Positions 53,165 through 64,000 of a stretch of DNA of 64,000 nt are shown one piece after another. The notes beneath the pieces are model-generated. The model was not told where the DNA came from. It did no database searches and was given only the letters and a program-made list of their open reading frames with translations. Each line of letters begins with the position of its first letter. The stretch's first letter is position 1. The position numbers and the translations under genes are program-made. Location of the stretch: NCBI GenBank assembly GCA_002633005.1, contig NMRA01000868.1, positions 49,529 through 113,528 on the forward strand, read 5' to 3'. This stretch comes from Phoronis australis. Taxonomy: Eukaryota > Animalia > Phoronida.

Positions 53165-56100
53165 CTGGAATTTAAGACATCGAGTTTATGACCATTATCA
53201 AGTCTACATGTATACAATCAGCCTCATATCAAAAGGGAAGGATTTTCACTCTGTTTTCGATTTTTTTCTAAAATGGAAACCTTTAATGCTTATTGATTGA
53301 CTCTTTCTAAAATGTTTTTGCGTTGTATCAAGTGCGAATTTTGTTAAAATTATTCAAACACGAAATGTTTTTAAATTTAAATTTAAATCAACGGTATTAA
53401 CAACCCTATTAAATGTTAGGTGATATAAATATTCTAGATGAAATCTGAAATCGGCAAACTTACATGAAATTATCCCTCCCTCTGTATTTTTTTCAAGACT
53501 GTTACACAAAAATCCCTCAAATCTATGTATGTTGATATCATTCGGTGCTGAACATGGAATTTTAAAAACAATTCTACTAGTATTGATACGGGAGGCACCG
53601 CTATTTGGTCATCATGGGTGTGGTCGGTTAAATTATTATAGGATTCCACCCCCACAATGGATCGAAGTGTTGGCTACAATTGCATCAAACGCTTTTGGCG
53701 GAGCCTTATGTTAGTGTACACACTATATTCTGGTGTTGGCCCTCGGCTGGCCTTCGGTAAACTTTGCAATGAGCAGCCAGCTGATATCACTGAGAACCAA
53801 CTCCGATCCCAAATACCAAAACTAAAGAAGCCGACTGTCAAAATCCAGGCAACGTGGCAGGTGTCAATTGTAAACCCAACCATCATATGGCTGGGAAATG
53901 CGAAGACATGGCTAATGGATATTCCGACTTGATTATTGCGTATGAAGAAATCGAAAACTTGGAGCATTTCTTAATTAAATTTCAAGGTCTTTGTGATATG
54001 CAGGATAAAGCGTAGAATACAGGTTAGAATTTCCAGGCAGTATTGGCAGCTAATACTCTCCGATACTTCGCTTACAGAAATCAAGGTGCCTCTCTATACT
54101 AAAATAAGAAAACATTCCAGAATCCAGGTCAACAAGTCCTTATATCAATAGATGAGGATGTGGGACCCTTCACCAGTACTTTGATCTGCCATTGTTCTGC
54201 GACAGTCTTGAACGGAACTTTTTGATATTACTATATGGTCCCCACTTTCTTTTGTATATGGTTTTGCGAGGACCACAAACTCGTTTCAAACATGTATAGT
54301 GCATCAAATGCGCTTTTAATGTTATCTAGTTCCTTTCAGTCAATTTTCGATGAACTCTATGCTTTGTCAACTATTAAAACATATATTTTCTGTAAGGAAA
54401 AAGATCGCAAATTCTAAAAATGGGCTTCTTAGCACTGTGTCTTCATCATTGTCACGTGACCATGTTTTAAGTAGAATCACCTAGTACAGTCATAGTAAAG
54501 TATTAATCCTATGCGCGTTGAATCAGTCTAGTGAAATACAGCCATGTGATAATGTATTCGTATTCACCAACAGCACTACTTCAACAGGGTCCTCTGACAT
54601 GGACAGTTCATAAGGTAGGTCAATGTCGTTAGCTACTTCGATCATCAAACTTTCCGAAAATAGTTTAATACCATTGCTGCAGTATAAATAAAACTCAACA
54701 TATAATCAGGTCCTAATCGTAACGTATGGAACAGGTTGTGTTAATTATATGACAGTTCTGCCTGACTTTCCAATTGCTAAATATTATATCGTCTGCAACT
54801 CAGGCGCCGATTCCTGGCTAACTACATGTACAATATCTAATATTGTTGTTAGTTAACTATTTCTGGAAATGTTACAAGTTCAATGCACACTTACCGCTGT
54901 TTTCATCTTTGTTATCTCTTTTTAAGTCATAAATTGTAACATTTTTAAAACTGTTTCTTTTACTAGAAAAAGCTTGCAACATAAGGCGCAAGTACATACA
55001 CATACATGTACGGTCTGAGAGAAATATTTAATAAATCTGACGAAAAAATGAAAGAAACTTAGGAATTCGAAGAGTATGGGATAAATACAAAACGTTCCTT
55101 GATTGGAATACATGAAATAATATCCCACTAGACATTATTCTGAGTACACGCGGAATACTGTCTCGTGGGGTATTATACACCGGTGACCTTACGCCGTGAA
55201 TATACATGTACATGTAAGCATAAAAAGCAGCTGATTGTCATACTACCCGATTGCCGTTAGCAACTGCTTATGGGATGTCATGGACCTATACCAACCTTCA
55301 CAAATATTTGTGTTTTGCCAATCTTAATCCTTGTTTTTCTCCGCAAACAGAGTTTTCAATCGGTGGCTGATATCGCCGCCATTTTGAATGAGGCCCTAAA
55401 GTCGTGGCCGTTTCGTTTAGACGGAAATGCACGAAATGAGACCACGATATGTCAACTCCAGTGCTCACTGTTACTCTAGACGACATAATAATCCATTGCA
55501 TTGATTATTCATTCAGTTTCACTTAAAATAAATTGTTATTTGTTTTGCACCCGACTTCAATGTGCACAAAGTTAACGTTTTCAATGAGGTTGTTTACGTA
55601 AAATGCTAACAACCTAGCACAAATTATCCCTCTGTATTTTATTGTTTCGGCCGTACAAAACTTGATCGAACCTGGGACATTTTGGTACACTGTTCAAGCC
55701 ACCCCTGCAGCACATGTTTGAGCAAAACTCAACGATGTTTAGGTTCGAAAATATATTTTGCACAAAATGTGGATTTGTGAAATACGCTGTTTTAAGATAC
55801 ATTTGTGAAAAGAAGCCACCCCTTCACTGTTTATTATCATATTGTGAATATTAACACGTCCGGGTATTCGTTTGACGTTCCTAAGCAGACGAACGATGGA
55901 AACTTTAACGCTAGATGTCGCGGGACCGCGCAGAAGCGGAAATAAGGTCATTCACGAGTTCACGCACTCACGACTTTAGGACCTTCGACCTTACTTCATC
56001 TACGCCACTCTCGGTACATTTTGTGTGTATCCACAGCAGGTTTTACTAAAGCTTTTTTATCACTTAAATAAGGTTACATGCCAAATGAATTCGCAAAACA

Positions 56101-56669
56101 CTACGCATTTTTGTAAAAAAACAGCTGTATCATTCGTACATGTACATCGCTCGGTACGGGAAAACTAAGCATTTTGAAGCAAAACAATGCCCACTTTTAC
56201 AAGTAAACAAAACCGTTTTGATGAATCAGTTTAGAGGTCAATAATTAGTTGTAAGATAACCTTAGGTTGAGCACGGATATTTCAATAAATCCGAATATCT
56301 GAAACGTGTCGTTGGACACCTATGAGATTGCAAATGTTGTTAAAGTTGCATTGAAATCTTAATCACTCTCTACCTCAAGCACAATTTTGCACCCGACAAA
56401 AGAACTACTTATACGAAATTAGACAGCAAATTCGTTAACTAATTCTCGCTTTGACACGTGACCGTGACTTCATTTGCTATTTTGCGTGGGGTTGGTGCTA
56501 AGGGACTATTCGGTCGTAGACAACGTCTTGCACCGCCTGTGGATCCCCAAAAAAACTGCAGGATTTTATGGCTAAGTTTGTCTGAAACATTTGTTGTTCC
56601 GTGGTTCCTGACTCCTTGGTCACCTGAAGTCCATGCATTCAGTTTCACTAGTGTAACAAAGGTACTCAC

Positions 56670-56803
56670 TGATCCTTTAAATGCTCCACACCACATTCTA
56701 CACAGTGCATGGTCTGGAAGGTCAGCAGAGATGTGTGGTATCGGCGGCGTGTGGTAGAAACGGTAACAGCCGGGCTTATCGTTGGAAGTACCTCGGATAT
56801 ACG
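56670..56803 (-). CDS. Exon: N-terminal half of WSC domain (copy A of WSC-kringle gene)
   Basis: Acceptor ttttaattcaag|, donor |gtgagt. Phase 1->0, 134 nt. Translates xYIRGTSNDKPGCYRFYHTPPIPHISADLPDHALCRMWCGAFKGS (WSC GCY...CxxxC pattern). Joins in frame to 53164. An alternative acceptor at 56791 has the same phase. Confidence 0.85.
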
Positions 56804-57127
56804 CTTGAATTAAAATAAATTGTGTTTTAAGAAATGTTTATAACACCGGTACTAGGCTTCACGGACACGGTGAATTCAGTTGGTACGGACCATTGTGAGG
56901 TTGATTTTAGCAGCGTAATATGCTTAATTGGATTATCTGAGGTTTACAGAACAGGGTTCACCGTTTTAGTGCCAACTGTTAAATCACAATTAATAAATTT
57001 GATATCACCCTTTCTGCCGCATCAGTTATAGTCGAAAGAAATTTGTCTCAGTTAAAATAGTATTTCACGGGGCCACAGCATGGAGTCCTACGTCAAGAAC
57101 CAGTCTTGATAGCCTGTAACGTTGTAC

Positions 57128-57156
57128 CTGTAGTATCTGAGTTATGGTAAATGTAC
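57128..57156 (-). CDS. Candidate upstream micro-exon of copy A
   Basis: ttgctttcactgcag|...tactacag|gtacaa. About 29 nt; the phase 2->1 reading YIYHNSDTT would join the WSC exon. No upstream partner exon was identified. Confidence 0.25.
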
Positions 57157-57239
57157 CTGCAGTGAAAGCAAGAGTTAATGGAAAGCTAAACCCCTCATCG
57201 TGGGAAGCATTTAGAAGATTGATGTATTGTCGTATTCTT

Positions 57240-59369
57240 TTTCTACACTATCCATCAAACAATGACATCAACATATATCTTCTTATTTAACTCTATGCTG
57301 CAATGAGCACGTGATCAAACAAAAGTCATGAGAGACTACCTGAAAACAGATCTAACTGAAAAACTCTTTGGAAAATCATAAAATCAATTTTACCTAACAA
57401 TTCCAAGTCCGTCGCAAATGAATTTCTTATTGGTAACGATGTTGTTTCGGACAAAAGTAAAATAGCAAATCCATTTAATGACTTTTTTATAGCATTGGCC
57501 AAAAACTTGCTGAAAAATTCAGTATGGCAACTATTGACCTCCCGCCCAAGATACAGGATGGAATATCATTTAAGTTTCAAGACTTTCAGTTCGACTACGT
57601 CCGAGAACAAATAGAAGCTCTGAACTCTAGTAGTGCCAGTGGCATCGATAGCAGTGTTGTCAAACTATTAAAAGTGGCATCTCACCAAATAGTTGAGCCT
57701 CTTACGAGTATCATGAATTTAAGTTAAAAAACGGTCACAGTTCTTAGAGAATGGAAGATGGCGGTTGTTACTCCTGTTTTTAAAGATTGTGAAATGTCCT
57801 GTTGCGAGAATTATAGGCCAATATCGGTCCTCCCTGCAGTGTCCAAAATTCTTGAAAGGTGTGTCCAAAAGCAGCTTCACCGATCCCTGGAGCATAATTC
57901 CCTTTTTCGGCGGCACAGTTTGCATTCCGCCGCTTGCATTCAACTCTGATTACATATATTCATGCTACTGAGTTTTTCTTTAACAATATGGATCAGGGGA
58001 GGCTTGCTGGTGCTGTCTTAGTTGATCTTTTGATATCCGTTTACACTGTGGACCATTGCATCCCATTACAGAAACTAGAGTCTTGTGGAGTTAATGATAA
58101 CGAACCTCTTTGGTATAAAAGCTACTTATAGGACCGTAAACAGGCCACCAAATACGGTGGTATTCTTTCTGACTACTCAACCGTAATCACGGGCATACCT
58201 CAGGGTTTCATTCTGGGCCCTCTATTATTCACTATTTTGCTAACGACCTCCCTACTGTTGTCCACAACAGTGTCTTAGTTTTATATGCTGATGACATCGT
58301 AATTATGTCCACAGCTGGATCAGTAAAATAACTCGAAACTTCTTTCAACACTGAGCTAGCCCTTATCCATGACCTTCTGATGCAAAATACATTCACTCTT
58401 AACGTTAACAACAATTAAAACAACAAAACTGCCCCTTTTTATCAATGGTTCTCCCATCGAGAATGTTGACAAGTTTCAGTACTTGGTCCTAATTTTAGAT
58501 CTCGATATTAAATTTAATATGCACATAGATCACATCACAAAAAATTATCAAAGAAAATCGGTTTACAAAACGTCTAGGCAAATTTCTTGATGTCAGTACT
58601 CTTAAGGCACTTTAACATTCTATTATTCAGTCTCATAGTGATTATTGTTTACCGGTTTGGGGGCATACCAGTGAAACACTTGTCAGCAAAGTCCAAGTAA
58701 TCCAAAATATAGCCGCCAAGGCTATCCTGGGTACTAGAATTAGGGACACCAAGGTCAGTAACTTGTATTCCAAGCTAAGATTTATGAAAGTAAAACAAAA
58801 AATACATATCTCTCTGCCTGTTGTATAAACCGATGTGTCAATGGCTTGGCTACAGCATATCTCAACCGAAAATTCAATAGCACTCAAACTATATATTCTA
58901 CACGCTCTTCTGTTGTTGGAAATGTTTCGTTTAAAAAATTAGAACCGAAACCGCCAAGAGATCCTTCATTTATGCTGCTGCTTCAATATGGAAGTCTATT
59001 AGCCTAGAATTCAAACGATATATTCAAGCGTAATATTAGTAATTGACTGCAGTTTACCTAACCCTTTATACTCAACCTGTCCCAAACATGTCATTCTTTC
59101 GAGTCGTGAGTATTCTCACTTTTTAGAGTCATCTCTTTGATTATTTCATCTCTCTTAGTTAAATTATCATCATTCTTCTTCATTTATTTATTGTCTTAAT
59201 TCTCAACCTGTTTTAATTGTATCTTTGTTAGGTATATTTAATTGCTGTTTTATTACTTCATTGTATTGTATTACTGTTTTGTTGTTGAGGGCCCTCTTTG
59301 AAAGCAGTGCTATCACTGAAGAGGCCACCCTCATTTTAAATATCACAATCAATGAATAATAAATAAAAA
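57240..59369 (+). mobile_element. 5'-truncated L2/CR1-group LINE (reverse-transcriptase pseudogene) with intact 3' tail
   Basis: KTLWKIIK, IANPFNDFF, EWKMAVVTPVFK, NYRPISVLPAVSKILER, TVDH..L.KL, GIPQGFILGPLL, LYADD (58281), many stops and frameshifts. 3' stem-loop gagggccctctttgaaagcag...ctgaagaggccaccctc followed by an aataaataaa tail. Confidence 0.93.
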
Positions 59370-59419
59370 TGACATCTTCTAATAAAATGTTTCTTTCTGT
59401 AGACCAATATCATTTTTGA

Positions 59420-59980
59420 TTAGATTTCCCATTAGTGCAGTGCTCAGACCATTGGCCGATGGTAACGTGAAGACACGAGAGGTAGAGTTGGAAGGGTCTG
59501 ATGGACAATCCGTAGGAGCAGACCCAGTTGTACAGGGGTGGTAACTGCAGGGAAAAGTTGCGTAACTCGAAATGAAGTGGGCATGTTGGATTTATCTGTA
59601 GTAATGGGTGGCAAGAGGAAAGATATTGGGATGAATGATATTTAGAGGGTAAAGACGAAAGAAAGGCGTAGGTGATGGAGAGTAGAAGCCGATGACCATA
59701 ACAAAAGCTTGTCAACAGAACAGTTCTGTGTTGTTTAAAGGGGTTTGGAGATGTATTTAGAGTAGCATACTCACGTTTTAGAACAATTAACAATAATGCC
59801 AGCCTTAGACAAGGTTTAGGGTAGCACGCCACCACCTCTGGTGTCATGGTCGCTATCACGGTGTTCATTTTGTGGCCACAATGTTCTTCACCAGAGAGTG
59901 CATTGTTGTTCCCTTTGGATGACTTAACTGCAAGTCGTTAAGGTCGCGCAACAGAATCTTGCTGCTCAATATGCTGAATA
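59420..59980 (-). mobile_element. Probable decayed LINE 3' fragment in the opposite orientation
   Basis: AARF-like motif near 59960 and LINE-like composition. The 152-aa ORF has no coherent domain. Confidence 0.3.
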
Positions 59981-62011
59981 GAAGATGAAACATGGCGATC
60001 AGTGTAACCCATACGTTAGGTAAAGAATTTTTAAGAGTAAGTCAATTTTGGTGGAGACTGTCAAATAAAGAAATAGAAGCAAACTTTCTTTTCCAAATCG
60101 AGTAATAACATATTACATGCATTGTATTTTTACAGGATGACCATCAAAGGCGGTTAATAGCGGACCACCGATTAACAATAAACTTAATGGATTTTAGCAA
60201 TTAAGAAGAAGCAAGATAGATAACAACAAAAATTACACGTACAATGACATAAAATACAATGCAAGTTCATATAAACACGTAAATTTGTCCACAGATCATA
60301 GATACAAGGTAAACCGAACGGTCAGAAAAGCATGAGTCTAAGATGTAATCACGGTTTCTTCAATTAGAACATGCGTAAATATACAAAACGTTGCACTGAG
60401 GGCTGTAAATGAGAAGTGTAAGTTTTAAATAGATGGCGAATCCATGTAACTCATGTGTGTTAACTCTGTCTGTTTTATACAAAGGAAAGATACATGTACA
60501 GTTGTTTGTTAAATTTGGTATTTTAAATATTAATAAGATTTTACAAGTTTCCTGTTGTACGTTGGTTGATTTAAGATAGGTTTTTGACTGTGTATTCTAT
60601 GAACATATCTTGGCGACGGATTAATCTAAATCCCCCTCGACACACGACATCCTCGACTTGCCCTACAAAAGCTCGACCAGATCAGAACATACCACAAGAG
60701 CTGAGTTGCAAGACCAACTGTGGTATATCAATGCGTGTTGCGGCCAACAGATGGCGCGCTCGTGGTAGTAAATCAAAGAACACACGAATACTTTAACAAT
60801 AGAATACGTCTATTAATTTCCAGCGTTGTGAATTACAAACAATAGATTACATCGAGTTGTGAGACTGACGACTGTTCGAATGAAACGATATATCGTTACA
60901 GGTGAGAGTATTAATCTACAGTGCCACCAGTTATCCGTAGCTACCGCACACGTTAATGCAATACAAGTCGCAACATGAACTGACCCTTTAAAACAATCAC
61001 TAGACAGGTTCGAATTGACTAGCAGGCTGAGACCAATGCCTGTATTAAGTGTCTATACCTCGGCTCTTGGACTTGACGTTGTTGAACTGGTTTCCTCGCC
61101 TTCACTGTCGGCTTCTTTTGGAGACGATGTCGTGGTTTGTGGCCTTTTGTGGTCTGACGTCGTGGTCTATGTCGTGGTCTATCTTGGTGTCATGGTCTGT
61201 GGTCTATGGTCTGACTTTCCTTGATGGCCAATGCCTTAAGTACTATTCTAGCTGGCATCATATGATGGGCCCATCTCGTGACGGTTGCACGTGACACTTG
61301 CATAAGTATTAATTAATCTGAATGGAACTTACTCAGCACAATCAAATCAGCTAACTATTGAAACAATTCTTGCCACCTGTGATAAGTTCTACTACAGTCA
61401 AAGATATGATTGTAATGCACTTTTAATTTTCGGAAACCTTAATTAAATGCAGAGGGCCTAGCCTCATTATATTACACAACGAGTGTGGCTGTGGGTTCGT
61501 CTGGATTTTTCAAGCTTTTTTAAATTAAAACAGTTAATCCAGCAAGATTAAAAGCCAAAAAACAGAAAGAAACAACGTGACCAAATCAAATCAAATCAAA
61601 GTCCTACCAAAAATTACAAATATCTTTCGTCTCTTCTGCTCTTCAGTGAATTGCCGATTCAATTTTTGGAATAGTGCGAGGAGCGACAAATATGTAATTG
61701 CTTCAGAAAATTCTGCTTGAAAAACAAGATGTTAATTAAAAGTATATCATATACATAGAGTGTATTGTAAACGTGTGTACAACAGAAACAAAATAATAGA
61801 AATATATAAATATTAGCATTCACGTTAACGTACTCTCTCTTCGTAGAACAGGGGCATTGGTAGGCGGTCGTGAAACTATTTGCGTGAAGATAGCACGCTC
61901 AAAATCTATTTTCTGTTTTAACCACGAAACTTGAGCCACAGCAGATTTTCGAGTAGCCAAGTGTTATGGCAAAGTCGATCATCGACAAATACGATTATGA
62001 AATGCATAAAA

Positions 62012-62480
62012 ACCCTTACAAAAATGAACTTAAGTTTTCATCGAAAAACTTAAGTTTTTGGTCTGAAAAACTTAAGTTATCATTCACGAAAACTTAAGTT
62101 TTCAGAAAACTTAAGTATTTTGGAACAAGTTTTTTGGAACGAACTTAAGTTTTCATAACTTAAGTTTTTTCAAAAATTTAAGTTTTAGAAAAATTTAAGT
62201 TCTGAAAACTTAAGTTTTTCAAAAACTTAAGTTTTCTGAAAACTTAAGTTTTGAAAACTTAAGTTCGCTCCAAAAAACTTGTTCCAAAATACTTAAGTTT
62301 TTGGATAACTTAAGTTTCAGAAACTTAAGTTTTTGAAAAACTTAAGTTTTGGAACAAGATTTAGTAACAAACATACGGTGGTAAGTCATCAAAACTTAAG
62401 TTTTTGAAAACTAAGTTTTCCGAACATAAAGTTTCAAGGAACTAACTTTTGAAAATTGAAGTTTTCTAAAAGCAATAAGT
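62012..62480. repeat. Array of palindromic AAAACTTAAGTTTT units (terminal region of a non-autonomous DNA element), copy 1
   Basis: Starts acccttacaaaaatgaacttaagttttcatcg. About 20 AACTTAAGTT cores at ~18-20 bp spacing, with an internal inverted block (62111-62153 vs 62253-62295). Confidence 0.9.
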
Positions 62481-63758
62481 TTCAATAGGACAGGCATTCA
62501 AAAATTTCGACTTTCACTAAAACAAGAGAGGAGTATAGTAACAAATTTAATGATTCTCATGAAGATTTAACAAACTAGAGTTCTATTAACATTTCATTAA
62601 CAGTGATTAATTGCAGAAAATAAAATGCACTTCCTAAAATACACTAGTTCCTTAAAATAAGTGAACATGTGAAATATCAAAATCTTCAAAACCAGAAACA
62701 TTTCAAAAATCAGTTCGTCAAGTATCATGCATACAATGCAGTGAAAACTGAATGAGGCTAATAATATATTCATATTTGCATCGTTCGCAGTCTATGACAA
62801 TTATGCGATAACTGAGGGAGCAAAATGGAATGTACTAACAAAAAATCACTACCAAATCATGAAACACAACAAAAGAAAATGTGATTACATAGCCAGGAAG
62901 GACTACAACAAAAGTCTATGTTTCAACAGCAGACTTTTCATCTAAAATTACAGCAATGACACCAAGAATAACAAATCACTTAATATGCAAAATCCAAGAA
63001 TATCTGCCGAGACAAAAGCATAACTTAAAACGTTACAGGTACAAATGTAACTAAAAGTTTATAGACAATGGCCTCAGGTCTGATTTTGGGAAGTACAATC
63101 CTTATGCTAGAAATAGTGCCTAGAATTACCTATTACTGTTTTCAACCTTAAAAATATCAATTTAAAAGTCAAAGTTTCGTTTTGTTGACAATCATAATAA
63201 CAGTAAATCCAATACACCCCATGGTGTGAACAAGTTTCACTAAAAGTAACCCAAAGTACAACCTAGTTATACGAGATGGAAATTAGAAAATTTAGACCTT
63301 TGACCACAAAAATATTTTTTCCTTTAATTTAAAGCTACTGAACTTCATACACATATCTATAGGGCCTTTCATACTAACATTGACGCGTCAAAGTTTTTGG
63401 GAGTGAATGTCAGTATGAACGCTTAAACTTTGGTCCTGGAAGGAAGTTAACAGTGCCAGTTAACTTCGCACTAAACAGGTGGATTTAATTGCTGTCACGC
63501 AGTATAAACGATCAAACTTCGGTACTATCGAAGTTATTGCCAGGGGCCACTGTTATCATTAACAATTGCATAAAAGTGTGATGGGTAATACTTGCTTATT
63601 CCTTGCTCTAATAATCACCAATCAATTTAAAAATAAGTTTTATGTCAATTAACACATGTAAATGTTCCCAAGTTGTCACATCTTAGCGTGCAGTGCTACC
63701 TTGCGATACCTTCAATCATGACAGCGTCACCTACTGTTTACTTCGAAGTTCATTAACT

Positions 63759-64000
63759 ACCCTTACAAAAATGAACTTAAGTTTTCATCGAAAAACTTAA
63801 GTTTTTGGTCTGAAAAACTTAAGTTTTCATTCCCGAAAACCTAAGTTTTTGGCGAAAACTTAAGTATTTTGGAACAAGTTTTTTGGAACGAACTTAAGTT
63901 TTCATAACTTAAGTTTTCAAAAAACTTAAGTTTTTCAAAAACTTAAGTTTTGAAAACTTAAGTTTTTCAAAAACTTAAGCTCTGAAAACTTAAGTTTTTC
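63759..64000. repeat. Second direct copy of the AACTTAAGTT array (runs off the window edge)
   Basis: Same start sequence acccttacaaaaatgaacttaagttttcatcgaaaaacttaagtttttggtctg as at 62012. Confidence 0.9.

Noticed and set aside
53600-53780. Faint WSC-like minus-strand peptide (AGCSLQ...YTNIRLRQKR)
   Set aside because: It lacks the CxxxC cysteines, has stops, and lies within the intron that splits WSC1.
26070-56803. Naming the gene KREMEN, plasminogen or HGF
   Set aside because: The domain order differs and no CUB, PAN or serine-protease exon could be supported, so no gene symbol is assigned.
62012-62480. Regularly spaced palindromic repeats resembling a CRISPR array
   Set aside because: Eukaryotic context, spacers only a few bp and not unique, and no cas genes.

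Overview
AT-rich eukaryotic (invertebrate-like, draft assembly with N gaps) genomic DNA. There are no prokaryotic operons, RNA genes or CRISPR arrays. Most ORFs in the supplied track are noise. The real coding content is a set of short spliced exons on the minus strand with canonical AG/GT borders. They encode an extracellular modular protein: WSC (split over two exons, 56803-56670 + 53164-52984), WSC (46265-45996), kringle (40635-40315), a 21-nt linker micro-exon, kringle (32548-32276), kringle (26354-26070), and candidate hydrophobic (GPI-like) C-terminal exons at 23-25 kb. About 49 kb downstream a second, strongly diverged copy of the split WSC appears (7824-7661 + 898-730) with the same exon structure and alignable intron blocks, which points to a tandem WSC-kringle gene family or an internal duplication. 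The introns are packed with transposon relics: a Crypton-like fold-back with strand-asymmetric hairpins, a Helentron/HINE, Harbinger- and Sola-type MITEs, a decayed transposase-PIN-CXC element, Gypsy LTR/gag/pol pieces, L2/CR1, RTE-X and Tx1 LINE fragments, and an AACTTAAGTT palindrome-array element. Domain and family calls come from motif recognition by eye, not from database searches.
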